Notes: a model not told the origin generated them from the letters alone. Positions 28,013 through 38,272 are shown, counted from the stretch's first letter. The stretch is DNA of 64,000 bases from Candidatus Hermodarchaeota archaeon (GCA_048885865.1 JBHLLF010000003.1:1-64000), one strand, 5' to 3'. Translations and numbers: made by a program.

Positions 28013-28792
28013 TTGCACAGAGTCTGTATAACAAATGATGATGGCCCATTCAGTAGCGGTCTGTTGAAGCTGGCTGAAACCCTGTCTCCGCATGTCGACA
28101 TTTCCATTGTGGTCCCAGATGGTGAACGTAGCGCCTCTGGCAAGACATTGACTTTGAATAGGCCTTTGCGCATTAAGAGAATGAAGAGCGTAAATGGGTT
28201 TGAGATGATCACACACGATGGTTCACCAGCAGACTCCGTTGTGCTTGCTAGATGTCTTATTGATGACATTGACCTTTTTGTATCTGGGATAAATGCTGGA
28301 GGCAATCTTGGGTATCAAAGCATGTTTACGAGTGGAACTGTCGGCGCTGCGATGGAGGCGGCTCTGATGGGATTTCCGGCCATTGCAGCCTCACTCATTG
28401 TTGAGCCTAATGAATGGTTTAACAGCGCTGAGAAGGAGAGGGATTATACCGAAATTTGTGAAGTGATACGTGATGTAGTTCTGAGAGTGTTGCGCAAAGG
28501 GCTTCCAAAAGGAATCGATGCCATCAATCTGAATTTCCCATCGACCTTATCAGGAGAAAGCAAAGTTGTAGTCACTAAGCCTGCACGAGTACGCATAAGC
28601 AACGAGCTGGATGAGAGAGTTGATCCCAATCAGAGTCCATACTATTGGCTGAAGGGCATTCATAATGCTCCATCAAAAGGAACTGATGCAGATATAGTAT
28701 TGAACAGTGGGAATATCTCGCTATCACCCATAATCATTGAAGCAGCCACGGATCAGCATATCGATTCGCTAAAGGAATTCATGTCTGATTGA
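28013..28792 (+). CDS. surE: 5'/3'-nucleotidase SurE
   Basis: ITNDDG, GSPAD, SGIN.G.N.G, SGTVGAA.EA. Confidence 0.95.
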   Translation: MHRVCITNDDGPFSSGLLKLAETLSPHVDISIVVPDGERSASGKTLTLNRPLRIKRMKSVNGFEMITHDGSPADSVVLARCLIDDIDLFVSGINAGGNLGYQSMFTSGTVGAAMEAALMGFPAIAASLIVEPNEWFNSAEKERDYTEICEVIRDVVLRVLRKGLPKGIDAINLNFPSTLSGESKVVVTKPARVRISNELDERVDPNQSPYYWLKGIHNAPSKGTDADIVLNSGNISLSPIIIEAATDQHIDSLKEFMSD

Positions 28793-29822
28793 GTTTCTTG
28801 AGAGCCTCCCAGATAGCATCGTTCCTCGGACGAGGCATTTGAATAGACTCTCCGTTCTTTACACCCGTTCTTACAGAGGCATCTGAGGAAACAGTTCCGA
28901 GGACAGTTGCTTTTATCCCCTTGGCCTTCAAGGCCGCGGTCACCGAATCAGCACCTTCGGGCTTACATGTCATCAACATGCTGCCACTACTGATTAGCTC
29001 AAGCACATTCACTGACAGAAAGTCACAGATAGATTTGGTGACATCATGTATCGGAATAGAATCCAAATCAATCTCGAATCCGACCTTACTCGCATCACAA
29101 ATCTCATGCAGCCCCCCTATTAGACCACCCTCGGTTGGATCATGCATTGATGTGATATTGCCTGTGTTAAATGCGACAGTACCATCCTCTACAACGCTAA
29201 TCTGACTTCGAAGACTGAGAGCATCATCGACTGTCTTCTCACCTAACATCTTGACGAGATGAGGTACGCCTTCGGCTGCAAGGATTGCTGTACCTTCGAT
29301 TGCGGCGGTCTTTGTCATTATTATAGTATCACCAGGTTTTGCACCTGCAGATGTCACGTATCCATTTTCAGTTGTCATTCCCATCATAAAACCGGCAACA
29401 ATTGGCCGGTCGATGCCTTCAGTTATCTCGGTGTGACCACCAGCCACGGAGATGTCAAGTGACAAGGCTGCCTCGTGAATTTGCGTCATTATGCGTTCTA
29501 ACTCAGGCTCTTGAAATCCTGATGGGAGCATGATTGATGCCAAAAACCAGCGAGGCTGAACTCCAAAAGTTGCAATATCATTTGCATTGATATGAACTGC
29601 AAGCCATCCTATGTCTTCAACCGATCCTGTGATTGGATCAGTCGCTGCGACAATAACTGAATTGCCTACACGAATCAATGAGGCATCCTCACCAATGCCG
29701 GGACCAAGAATGAGATCCTTGTCCGCCTTGCCAAGATGAGAGAAGACAATCCGACTCAATACATCCGGAGGGACTTTCCCTGGTAGCAATATCAAATACT
29801 CCTCTGCATTCAAGGTGCGCAT
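28779..29822 (-). CDS. AIR synthase/HypE-like family protein
   Basis: GPGIGEDA, NANDIA, GGHTE, MHDPTEGG. Confidence 0.9.
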   Translation of the reverse strand: MRTLNAEEYLILLPGKVPPDVLSRIVFSHLGKADKDLILGPGIGEDASLIRVGNSVIVAATDPITGSVEDIGWLAVHINANDIATFGVQPRWFLASIMLPSGFQEPELERIMTQIHEAALSLDISVAGGHTEITEGIDRPIVAGFMMGMTTENGYVTSAGAKPGDTIIMTKTAAIEGTAILAAEGVPHLVKMLGEKTVDDALSLRSQISVVEDGTVAFNTGNITSMHDPTEGGLIGGLHEICDASKVGFEIDLDSIPIHDVTKSICDFLSVNVLELISSGSMLMTCKPEGADSVTAALKAKGIKATVLGTVSSDASVRTGVKNGESIQMPRPRNDAIWEALKKLNQT

Positions 29823-29965
29823 CAGTCCTGTGCCTATTGCATGAAAAGGAAATTCATCGAAACCCCGTTCGGGGCTCTCCTAACTCACTATGACAACAGA
29901 CTTTTCTCAGACTGGATGCGCAACACATGAAGGGAGCGGTATCGGTATAAACTAATCGAGAGGTG

Positions 29966-31396
29966 CTAGTCTGGAAGATATGCTTCTGCCTCTCGGAGAT
30001 CCTCAGACCTAAGGCGTGATTTAATCGTGCTACCACGCAAGAAGTTTCCAATAATCGACCGCTCTCGCAGCAGTTCTTTCCACAGAAACGCCCTACCGCC
30101 TCCGGTACGAGCCACTAGGAATGCGCCAAATGTCTTTCTAAACTCCGGTACCTCAAGAACCGTCTCTATCGGATCATTGTGCCCCTCTTTTCTCATTCGA
30201 AGATTGGCTGCAAGCTCCAAGGCCTCATGATATGGACGTCGCAAAAACTTGGACCAATTTGCATGCTCTGTATTCACATCAACAGCTGCGATTCGGACTT
30301 TTGCTTTTCGGACAAGACGGGCGGCCTTAACAAGATCTTTAATGGGAGTGTATTTAGTGTGGCCAGGGCCCACGGATTGAGCCAAGGGTATATTCGGCGC
30401 GAAGTCAGATATCAAGACGATCAATGGTTCTATGTCCGGGTTTCTCATTCTCTCTCTGCGAACAGTTTCCAATGCTTTCATCAAAGCTTCTGCAAGAGGA
30501 GTCAAGCCTGATACGCGCAGCTTGCCAAGAGCCCTATAGATCTTATTCCAGTTACTTGTAGGGGCTTGAACTTCAATAGCTCCGCTGTCCTTGAATGCGA
30601 TAATCCCAGTTCGATCCTTTGAACCTCTGGTTTCACGCTCAATTGCTTCAAGGATATCACGTACTTCCTTCATTGATCCCTTCATTGACATACTCACATC
30701 AATGACAAGCAGCACTGTCAGAGGCGTTCTCCCACTAAAAACCGACTCGCGGATATCTTCCTCTGAGATTTCGATTCTCTCAGAGCGACGATGCTTTCCG
30801 ATTCGTGAAACTGAAGCTATAATTGTGGCAGGAATGTTGATGCTCCTCACTTCACCTCTGGGTTTCCGCGACCTAACAGGCCGTCCGTATTGACTTGAGT
30901 CGGATGTCTTTAGAGAGCCCATGGAGCGGGAGCTTACTCGTTTCTGGATCCATCCCCCAGAAGACACAACCGACTTCCTCATAATCTTGCTCTGAAGCTC
31001 CTCAATATCAAATAGCACTTCTCCAGTGTCCAGGTCCGGGAGCTTGATAAAGAAGCCTGCATCGATACCAAGAGGCTCTCTGACCTCTGACTTTGAACCG
31101 ATGACCTTTGTTTCCTTCTTGGCACTATAGGGTCTCCTGGCAACTCCCCATTCATCCCCAGGTTCTGGAACTCCCATTCCTCCCTCGACTGTATCAATGC
31201 CTGCTGCTGGTCCACTCTGACGTCTTGTCATGATGCTGAGCCATTTTCTGACTAGGATGTAGATTATTGGCACAAACACGATGGTGTCAACTACGATCGC
31301 AGGCAAAGTTGGAAACTCACCGGGGAAGAGTCCAAAAAGAAGATTGATGGGAGACCAGTAAATCCATGCAAAGTAAGCAAAGACAGTAATCATCAT
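29966..31396 (-). CDS. ChlD-like vWA protein with N-terminal TM hairpin; probably the 3' part of a frameshifted chlD-type gene
   Basis: MIDAS DVSMS, GLTPL, LISD; ChlD-like linker DIRE...LVIDVS; reading frame stays open upstream to the A10 run. Confidence 0.85.
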   Translation of the reverse strand: MMITVFAYFAWIYWSPINLLFGLFPGEFPTLPAIVVDTIVFVPIIYILVRKWLSIMTRRQSGPAAGIDTVEGGMGVPEPGDEWGVARRPYSAKKETKVIGSKSEVREPLGIDAGFFIKLPDLDTGEVLFDIEELQSKIMRKSVVSSGGWIQKRVSSRSMGSLKTSDSSQYGRPVRSRKPRGEVRSINIPATIIASVSRIGKHRRSERIEISEEDIRESVFSGRTPLTVLLVIDVSMSMKGSMKEVRDILEAIERETRGSKDRTGIIAFKDSGAIEVQAPTSNWNKIYRALGKLRVSGLTPLAEALMKALETVRRERMRNPDIEPLIVLISDFAPNIPLAQSVGPGHTKYTPIKDLVKAARLVRKAKVRIAAVDVNTEHANWSKFLRRPYHEALELAANLRMRKEGHNDPIETVLEVPEFRKTFGAFLVARTGGGRAFLWKELLRERSIIGNFLRGSTIKSRLRSEDLREAEAYLPD

Positions 31397-31440
31397 TATG
31401 GCACAGATTGTCCCCTTGATTGAATCTCCCCAGGGATTTC

Positions 31441-32634
31441 TTACACCTTCAGCTTTTTTTTTTGACCTTCCTGCTGGCCGCCAGCGGCGAACCTATCACC
31501 TCGACCAAACCGACCCCCACCCTTGCGTTTGCCAGACTCATCATCTTCTGATGTCGGCACTTCAGTAGGCGAGGCTCGTTTGTCGCTCCTCTTGGTTATC
31601 TCTGCGGCCTTTGTTATTGCCATATCAATATCATTTGATGAGGGCGGCTCCAAAAGGCCGCCTCTCCGAGTCCTATGACTTAAGGTAAGCTGGGCGGCTA
31701 GCTTCATGTCGTCCAGTGTAACCTCGGTGCGGCCTTCGTAAGCCGCGTTTGTTATAGCCGCCTTACTGATTATGATATCCGGTCGGACACCATCCACTTC
31801 AAGTGCATCCGTAGCCATAGCAATCGCTCGAAGACTGCTGTCTGGCAGACGAACCTCGTGGAGTATTGCTTTCGCTTTGATGATTCTCTCTCTTAGCTCT
31901 GACTGACTGTGGGACCAGTCTTCCTCAAACTGTTCAGGATTACTCTCAAATGCTAGGTTCCTTCTAACAAGTTGCATACGTTCCTCTACAGTATGATCAG
32001 CACCTACTGCGATGTGGAGCGGAAACCGGTCCAAGAGCTGGGGTCTAAGTTCCCCTTCCTCCGGATTCATGGTGCCTATCAGAACGAAATTAGAAGGATG
32101 AGCAATGGAGATTCCTTCTCGCTCTATAACATTGATTTTAGTTGCAGCCGCATCCAACAAGTCATCTACTAGATGATCGGGGAGAAGGTTCACCTCATCG
32201 ACATATAGCACATTCTGATGGGCTTCAGCTAGGATTCCAGGTTTAAGAGCTTGAATACCTTCCTGAAGGACGCGCTCAATATCAAGTGCTCCAATCAATC
32301 GATCTTCTGTTGTGGAGAGTGGGAGGTTTACCACACGCATCTTCCGTGTAACGCCCTTCAGAGGCTTATTACTGGCTAATAGGTCCATGCAATCCTGACA
32401 GAGAAACTCCTCGCGATGAGGATTGCACCCAAATCGACATCCTTCTATAACATCAACTTCAGGTAGAAGGTCGGCTAGCGCCCTAACCACGGTTGTTTTT
32501 CCAGTTCCCTTGGGGCCAGATATCAGAACTCCACCAATCTGCGGATTTACTCCATTTAGAATCAGAGCTAGTTTCAGGTTGGTCAATCCAACTATTGATG
32601 TGAATGGCAACACAGACCGTTTCAGTTCGCCCAA
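31441..32634 (-). CDS. chlI: Mg/Co-chelatase subunit I-like AAA+ ATPase
   Basis: PFTSIVG, GPKGTGKT, YVDEVNLL, GTMNPEEGELRPQLLDRF. Confidence 0.92.
   Translation of the reverse strand: MGELKRSVLPFTSIVGLTNLKLALILNGVNPQIGGVLISGPKGTGKTTVVRALADLLPEVDVIEGCRFGCNPHREEFLCQDCMDLLASNKPLKGVTRKMRVVNLPLSTTEDRLIGALDIERVLQEGIQALKPGILAEAHQNVLYVDEVNLLPDHLVDDLLDAAATKINVIEREGISIAHPSNFVLIGTMNPEEGELRPQLLDRFPLHIAVGADHTVEERMQLVRRNLAFESNPEQFEEDWSHSQSELRERIIKAKAILHEVRLPDSSLRAIAMATDALEVDGVRPDIIISKAAITNAAYEGRTEVTLDDMKLAAQLTLSHRTRRGGLLEPPSSNDIDMAITKAAEITKRSDKRASPTEVPTSEDDESGKRKGGGRFGRGDRFAAGGQQEGQKKKLKV
31454..31463 (-). other. A10 slippery site (candidate -1 frameshift)
   Basis: GGT CAA AAA AAA AAG CTG AAG GTG TAA; the -1 frame reads AEGVRNPWGDSIKGTICAI into MMITVF of the vWA ORF. 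Confidence 0.75.
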
Positions 32635-32678
32635 GTGAGGTTCATCCCACTCAGAAAAAGTAACACACTCAAATAAGG

Positions 32679-33905
32679 GTGCGCGTCTATGTAAGTGTGG
32701 GAGTAATTATGATATCTCACCTTCTCCACTTGGAATGTCCACAGTGTAGCAGAAGTCATTCGGCTGAGGCACATGCAACATTCTGTGTGTGCGGTTCACC
32801 TCTCTTTGCTGTTTACGATCTATTCAGTGTAATCGAGGATATTCAAAGAGAGCAATTTCCATCAAAAGTCAATTCAATGTGGAGATATTCTCAGCTTTTG
32901 CCTGTCAAATCACCATCCTATATTTTCAGCTTAGGAGAAGGATGGACTCCGCTCATCAATACGCGACGTCTCGGAAAACATCTGGGCTTGAGGTTTCTTA
33001 GTATTAAGGATGAGGCTCAGAATCCAACTGGTTCCTTCAAGGACCGTGGCCTGTGTGCCGCAGTATCCAAACACATGGAACTTGGCTCTACATCATTTGC
33101 GTTGCCATCAGCGGGGAATGCAGCAGTGTCCGCAAGCGCCTATAGTGCTGCGGGAGGAGCTGAATGCCACATCTTCATGCCTTCAGACACACCTGAACCC
33201 TTTTTCCAAGATTGCGTTGCCTATGGTGCTGAAACTGTTCATGTTGATGGCAATATTACTGATTGCGCGAAAAGCATGAAGCAAACCGCAGGCGAATGGA
33301 CAGATCTCTCAACCACAAAAGAACCCTATAGAGTGGAGGGTAAGAAAACTCTTGCATTCGAAATTGCAGAACAGCTCGGATGGAGGGTTCCTGATGCGAT
33401 AATCTGTCCAACAGGAGGTGGCACAGCTCTCATTGGCATTTGGAAGGGCTTCGATGAATTGGAGGCATTGGGTCTAATAGAGAGCAATAGACCCAGAATG
33501 TATGCGGCTCAGAGTGCAGGATGTGCACCAATCGTTAGGGCTGTTGAACAGGGGAGCGATGAAATTCAACCGTGGCTAAATAGTGAAACCGAAGCATTGG
33601 GGCTGAGAGTGCCAAGTCCTTTTGCTGGAAGACTGATTCTTGCTGCAATTCGCCAGTCAGGAGGTGGCGCTGTAGCAGTAGCTGAACAGGAAATTGAGCC
33701 TTGCCATAGAATTGCGGCCCGAATGGAAGGAATGGACTTTTGTCCGGAAGCAGCTGTTGGACTTGCAGGCGTTCGGAATCTGGTTGAGATGGGAGAAATT
33801 GATTTTGATGAAGAGGTTGTGCTATTGAATACGGGCTCTGGGGCCAGATATTACTATGTTCAACAGAGGCAAGGAAAAACTGGAAAAGCCAAAGGCACGC
33901 CATAG
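32679..33905 (+). CDS. thrC: Threonine synthase (PLP fold II)
   Basis: SLGEG.TPL, NPTGSFKDRG, SAGNA, PTGGG, N-terminal Cys Zn ribbon. Confidence 0.88.
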   Translation: MRVYVSVGVIMISHLLHLECPQCSRSHSAEAHATFCVCGSPLFAVYDLFSVIEDIQREQFPSKVNSMWRYSQLLPVKSPSYIFSLGEGWTPLINTRRLGKHLGLRFLSIKDEAQNPTGSFKDRGLCAAVSKHMELGSTSFALPSAGNAAVSASAYSAAGGAECHIFMPSDTPEPFFQDCVAYGAETVHVDGNITDCAKSMKQTAGEWTDLSTTKEPYRVEGKKTLAFEIAEQLGWRVPDAIICPTGGGTALIGIWKGFDELEALGLIESNRPRMYAAQSAGCAPIVRAVEQGSDEIQPWLNSETEALGLRVPSPFAGRLILAAIRQSGGGAVAVAEQEIEPCHRIAARMEGMDFCPEAAVGLAGVRNLVEMGEIDFDEEVVLLNTGSGARYYYVQQRQGKTGKAKGTP

Positions 33906-33983
33906 CGTTAATAGCATAGTATTATTGGGTATAATCCAAGTCTCCAACAAGATTGGAGCCCCTCTTGCTCCGGAGGACAACAT

Positions 33984-35144
33984 TTGAGTTCAATGAGCAA
34001 AGATGAAAATGAACAATCTCATTTTCGTGGAGTCAAAGATTCCTTGCATGCAGGCAAATTCGAGATTGCGATAGCAATTCTGATAGTTGTTGCATTCTTC
34101 TGGGCTGAATACACACATGCCGATCCATTGTACATCGTTTTTCTAGGAATCACAGGTGGAATTTGGCTTGCATTTCGACCTTCAGAGTGGGCAGTAGAAG
34201 GTGTTGAGAGCGTTTCTGGCCACCTAGGATATACCACATATATTGCGGGCCTTCTATCAAGTCTTGCCAGCAATATGCCAGAAGCTGTTGTTAGCGGGAT
34301 GACTGCTTTAGATGGTTTCCTTCAGGAAAGGCCTGAACTTCTGACAATAGCTATACTCTCGGTTCTAATAGCTGGCGGTTTCAATATGCTATTACTCGGG
34401 ATTACTATTGTAATCTCAACTCGAAAAAAGGACGATATGGCTGTACCCGAGGAGGCTATCAAGAAAGACTCTGTTCTCATTCGTTGGACAATTGTTGCCC
34501 TTACCAGCATGTTTGCGCTGGGGATTGTTGATGTGACATTTTTGGGAGGTACTGAGGATTTCCTCTTCCCATGGGAGGCGTCCCTCATTCTGTTCCTCTC
34601 CTATATCCTCTATTCTATTGATTTAATGCGAGGAGAAGAAGTTCAGAATGCCGATATTGCAAAGCCGGATCACTCGATGAAAACGGCATCAATCCTCTGT
34701 GTGATGGGATTCATAGGAATCTTCTTTGCAGGTGAACTACTCACTTCATCGGTCGATGTCTTGCTAACAACATATGATGCTCAGATTAGCGCTGTGGTTA
34801 ATCCAATAGCAGTAGCCGCCCTTATCCTGGGTGCTGCAGGTGCGATTCCAGAACACGGAATTGCAATCGTTGCTGCAATGAGGGGAAAGGTTGGCATCGC
34901 AGTTGGAAACCTGATGGGAGGGGTTCTTCAGATCCTGCTTCTCGTTATGGGGGGCATTGGAATCTTTGTGCCAATACCAATGAATCGCTACGTTCTATTC
35001 CAGATAGTCGTGATTGCAGGCAGCTTATGGTTCCTAAAGCAGGCCATAACTGATGACCATAAGCTCGATACATTCGAGGGCATGATGATAATACTGTTAC
35101 AAGCGTATGTATTTGCACTCCTAATCTGGGGTACGCCTATATGA
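33984..35144 (+). CDS. CaCA-family Ca2+/H+ or Na+/Ca2+ antiporter
   Basis: SNMPE and GAIPEH alpha-repeats; many TM segments. Confidence 0.85.
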   Translation: MSSMSKDENEQSHFRGVKDSLHAGKFEIAIAILIVVAFFWAEYTHADPLYIVFLGITGGIWLAFRPSEWAVEGVESVSGHLGYTTYIAGLLSSLASNMPEAVVSGMTALDGFLQERPELLTIAILSVLIAGGFNMLLLGITIVISTRKKDDMAVPEEAIKKDSVLIRWTIVALTSMFALGIVDVTFLGGTEDFLFPWEASLILFLSYILYSIDLMRGEEVQNADIAKPDHSMKTASILCVMGFIGIFFAGELLTSSVDVLLTTYDAQISAVVNPIAVAALILGAAGAIPEHGIAIVAAMRGKVGIAVGNLMGGVLQILLLVMGGIGIFVPIPMNRYVLFQIVVIAGSLWFLKQAITDDHKLDTFEGMMIILLQAYVFALLIWGTPI

Positions 35145-35769
35145 CGTGGGGGAGAATTGACCGCAGGTCGTTCTCCTTGATTGTCAACATGGCAGAATCT
35201 GCGACCTCTTCATCCTCAGGCCTGAACGCAATCGAGAGACCCACCACACCAAAAACAGAGATGTCGTTCCTGCCGTCGCCTACAAATGCGGTTTCTGAGA
35301 GTTGGATATTGAAGTGATTGCAGATGTGCTTAAGCTCCTGCACCTTTTCACCCCAGCCAACATGAACCTCAACTTCCCCCGTTAAAATCCCATTTTTGTG
35401 AATTAAGCGATTGGTGAGAACGTACTCAATTCCAAGACGTTTGGCAACATTCTCAGCAAGTATATCCAGCCCTCCTGAGAGGATAGCGACATGAATGCCA
35501 TGCTCCTTGAGATTGGTCACAGTTTCAGCCGCTCCAGGCACCAATTTAGTGGCATTTACCAGGTTCATAACTTCATCAAGAGATTGACCTTTCCAAAGGC
35601 CTGCATCCAAGTAGGCCCATTCATTATATGATATCTCACCTGAGAAATACTGGTCATAATAGAGCTTACCCTCCCTTTCTGTATTGAAATACTCGTGAAG
35701 CCTCCACCAAATAGATGAATGACTTGTTAGCGTCCCATCAACATCAAAGACAACGAGTTTTACAACCAT
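35137..35769 (-). CDS. HAD phosphatase, SerB-like
   Basis: FDVDGT, LSGG, VGDGRND. Confidence 0.88.
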   Translation of the reverse strand: MVVKLVVFDVDGTLTSHSSIWWRLHEYFNTEREGKLYYDQYFSGEISYNEWAYLDAGLWKGQSLDEVMNLVNATKLVPGAAETVTNLKEHGIHVAILSGGLDILAENVAKRLGIEYVLTNRLIHKNGILTGEVEVHVGWGEKVQELKHICNHFNIQLSETAFVGDGRNDISVFGVVGLSIAFRPEDEEVADSAMLTIKENDLRSILPHVI

Positions 35770-35802
35770 CTAAGGATAACTCCGGTGGGGGAATGAATAC
35801 TG

Positions 35803-36468
35803 TCACCGTTGAGCCTCACGCTCACGCTCTTCCTGAGCCTCCTTCTCAAGGTCAGCTAGGAGTTCGTCAATTCTCTTTTCTTCGGACTTGACTTGCTCTG
35901 CAGGTTTTGCAGTTGTAGTAGCGGGGGTCTGCAGGGAAGGAAGAACTCCCTCCTTCTCAAGAAGAACCTCTGCTTCCATAGCCTCTAGCTGGCGTTCAAT
36001 CCGCTCATCAGACTCTACAGTCGATTCACCTGTTGAGAGGTCCTCAGAAAGCAACTCTCCAGCAATAGTGATGTGCTCAAATGACTCAGAGAGCTTATCT
36101 AGTTGCATCTGAATCTCTGTTGGGCTCAGCATTGCGCGGGCATCTGTCAGGGCGTCGTTTGCAATGGTGAAAGCCCTCAATACCTCGGCCTGATCCTTTG
36201 CCTCCTCTATGTTAAGGAGCGCGGTTTCAAGGGTCAGATACTGCTGCTGGTATCGTCCACGTCTACTTTCCAATTCAACAACGATTGAAAGGTGTGAACG
36301 GGCTGTATCTCGATCTCCTTGCGACATGGCCTCCTTGGCCTTCTTCTGCTCCTCTGATCTTCGTGTATCTAGTCTTCTAATTCGCAAAGTCAGAGCATTC
36401 ATAGTACCTTTGATTTCGAGCATGCCTCGTTCGGCATCTACCTTTTTCTTTCCACTCAGGAAGCCCAT
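35803..36468 (-). CDS. ESCRT-III (Snf7/Vps20/32/60-like) protein
   Basis: Start at MGFLSGKKK; basic helical hairpin KAKEAM.QGD...A..HL; acidic C-half; MIM1-like RIDELLADLE. Confidence 0.85.
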   Translation of the reverse strand: MGFLSGKKKVDAERGMLEIKGTMNALTLRIRRLDTRRSEEQKKAKEAMSQGDRDTARSHLSIVVELESRRGRYQQQYLTLETALLNIEEAKDQAEVLRAFTIANDALTDARAMLSPTEIQMQLDKLSESFEHITIAGELLSEDLSTGESTVESDERIERQLEAMEAEVLLEKEGVLPSLQTPATTTAKPAEQVKSEEKRIDELLADLEKEAQEEREREAQR

Positions 36469-36559
36469 AACGTCCACCGAGGATAGGCCTTGTTGTATTG
36501 TGATGTCATCACTTTGCCCATTTAAACGATTGGAATACAGTCCTTGACATCCAACACCT

Positions 36560-37438
36560 ATGTTTCTCAAGGACAATAGGGTTTTAGAGCCGTTTACTTG
36601 GAATGAAGATGAGGCTCAATTCATGACACTAACAAGAGACCTTGCCAAGGCTGTAGATGCTGCAAAAGACGCGATACTGAACAATCTTGAAGAATCAGCT
36701 AGGCTAACAGGTGAAACTAATCAGTATGGGGACAAGACACTGCTTCTGGATCTGAAAGCTGAAGATGCAATCCTCGAAGTCATTCAACAGGTAGATACTC
36801 CAATGATGATTCTTAGTGAAGAGCAAGGTCTCATTATGCCCGAAGATAGACCAGAATATGCTGCAATCATTGATCCGATAGATGGTTCAGCTAACATTGA
36901 GAGAGGGTTACCCCTTTGCTCCATTGGCATATCTGCAGTCCGCTTTTCGGAGAAGATGACTACTGATGATGCCGAGATTAGCATTATTGAGTCTGTCTTC
37001 TCAGATGAAACCTTCATTGCTGAGAAGGGACAAGGAGTCAGAAGAAATGGAAAGACCGTAAAAGTCTCAGACTCAATACCGTTGGACAGAGCCATCATCT
37101 CCTATGATACAAAGAAATCAGGCGATGAATCATTCTTAATGAGTTCCTTGAGGGTGATACGGGGAGTCCATGATATAAGAAGGTCTGCGACCAATCTACT
37201 GGATCTATGTTGGGTAGCGTCGGGCGCTCTCAATGCGATGGTGGATTTGAGGGGCATGCTCCCAATTGTCCACCTATCAGGTACACACATGGTATTCGAA
37301 GCAGGAGGTTATGTGGCTGAAGCGGGTGGTAATAGACTCAATCTGCCTCTTGTGGAAGATCAGATGATGAGCTTTGTAGCAGCATCAGATGAAGCTACAG
37401 CAAATGAGATACTTGCACTCTTTAGGGGCGAATTATGA
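36560..37438 (+). CDS. Inositol monophosphatase / FBPase (SuhB family)
   Basis: D..AE, SEE.G, IDPIDGS.N; lacks the usual WD (VH in its place). Confidence 0.88.
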   Translation: MFLKDNRVLEPFTWNEDEAQFMTLTRDLAKAVDAAKDAILNNLEESARLTGETNQYGDKTLLLDLKAEDAILEVIQQVDTPMMILSEEQGLIMPEDRPEYAAIIDPIDGSANIERGLPLCSIGISAVRFSEKMTTDDAEISIIESVFSDETFIAEKGQGVRRNGKTVKVSDSIPLDRAIISYDTKKSGDESFLMSSLRVIRGVHDIRRSATNLLDLCWVASGALNAMVDLRGMLPIVHLSGTHMVFEAGGYVAEAGGNRLNLPLVEDQMMSFVAASDEATANEILALFRGEL

Positions 37439-37448
37439 AAGGCAAATT

Positions 37449-37886
37449 CTAGTCAAACTCTTCCTCTTCGGAATCTGAGGCGACCTCGTCAATGGTTTCT
37501 TCAATTTCCGCTTCATCCTCGTCTGCGTCCTCTTCCTCCTCGGGCTCTGCTTCATCAAACTCTTCCTCCTCTTCTTCCTCCTCTTCTTCCTCACCTGTAT
37601 CAGCAGAGGGGATAAGTCGGTTGACATAGAAATAGCCAATGAAGACGCTTACCAATGATAGCGCAAGTGTTACCCAGAAAGCACCTGCAGTACCAAACCA
37701 CGCAATAGGGTTGATTACTAGCTCATTGCCTGCGGCCCCAAGGACAACAGACTGGAACCATATTGGAAGTCCAAAAGCTAGCGGAATGCAAATTACCACC
37801 AGCAGGATAATAGACATGATGATTTCGGCTGTATAGATCAGGATTCTCCGTAGTGTGCTATCTACCGCTTTCCTCGCAGTCGACAT
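37449..37886 (-). CDS. Membrane protein with acidic tail
   Basis: 2 TM segments plus a poly-Glu/Asp C-terminus. Confidence 0.75.
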   Translation of the reverse strand: MSTARKAVDSTLRRILIYTAEIIMSIILLVVICIPLAFGLPIWFQSVVLGAAGNELVINPIAWFGTAGAFWVTLALSLVSVFIGYFYVNRLIPSADTGEEEEEEEEEEEFDEAEPEEEEDADEDEAEIEETIDEVASDSEEEEFD

Positions 37887-37949
37887 TTCGCTCGCCTTGG
37901 ATTGCCGACTTGGGCTTGCCTTTAAAACCTGCCGTCATTCGAGTTGATT

Positions 37950-38070
37950 GAAGAAGAAGGGGATTCGCACAGGGAGTCCGAGAAAGAGTTTGTCAGCGCG
38001 TGTATTCGTTGACAGATGATTGAGAGGAGGGAGAGGGAGGAGAGGAGAGGGTGTCGGACTCCCTGTTCAC
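37950..38070 (-). ncRNA. Candidate small RNA A (13-bp closing stem, CU-rich loop)
   Basis: Perfect inverted repeat ACAGGGAGTCCGA 37969-37981 / TCGGACTCCCTGT 38054-38066; TATA-like TTATATAC 38097-38090 (minus). Confidence 0.6.
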
Positions 38071-38089
38071 TTTAGGTATTGCATAACTA

Positions 38090-38105
38090 GTATATAAGTG
38101 TTTAT
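38090..38105 (-). promoter_or_regulatory. BRE/TATA promoter for RNA A
   Basis: Minus strand reads ATAAACACTTATATAC; TATA centre about 24 nt before GTGAA at 38070. Confidence 0.55.
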
Positions 38106-38182
38106 CATATTGTATATTATCATATATGCATGACCGTAAAGCCAACTCAAACGTTCAAAAGCGATCAATGACTTCTCCTGTC

Positions 38183-38272
38183 AGAAAATTAAGCAGAAGG
38201 GAAAAGCGGGGCCGGAGAACGCTTGAAGGAGGAGAGAGAGATATGAGAGAGAACGGCCCCTAAGCCCTTCAC
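38183..38272 (-). ncRNA. Candidate small RNA B (bipartite closing stem, CU-rich loop)
   Basis: GAAGGG/CCCTTC (38196-38201/38265-38270) plus GGGGCCG/CGGCCCC (38208-38214/38254-38260); TATA-like CTTAAATA 38300-38293 (minus). Confidence 0.58.

Noticed and set aside
37993-38272. 25-27-codon GTG ORFs inside the two candidate sRNAs
   Set aside because: The peptides are unrelated and low-complexity while the RNA architecture is shared; not fully excluded.
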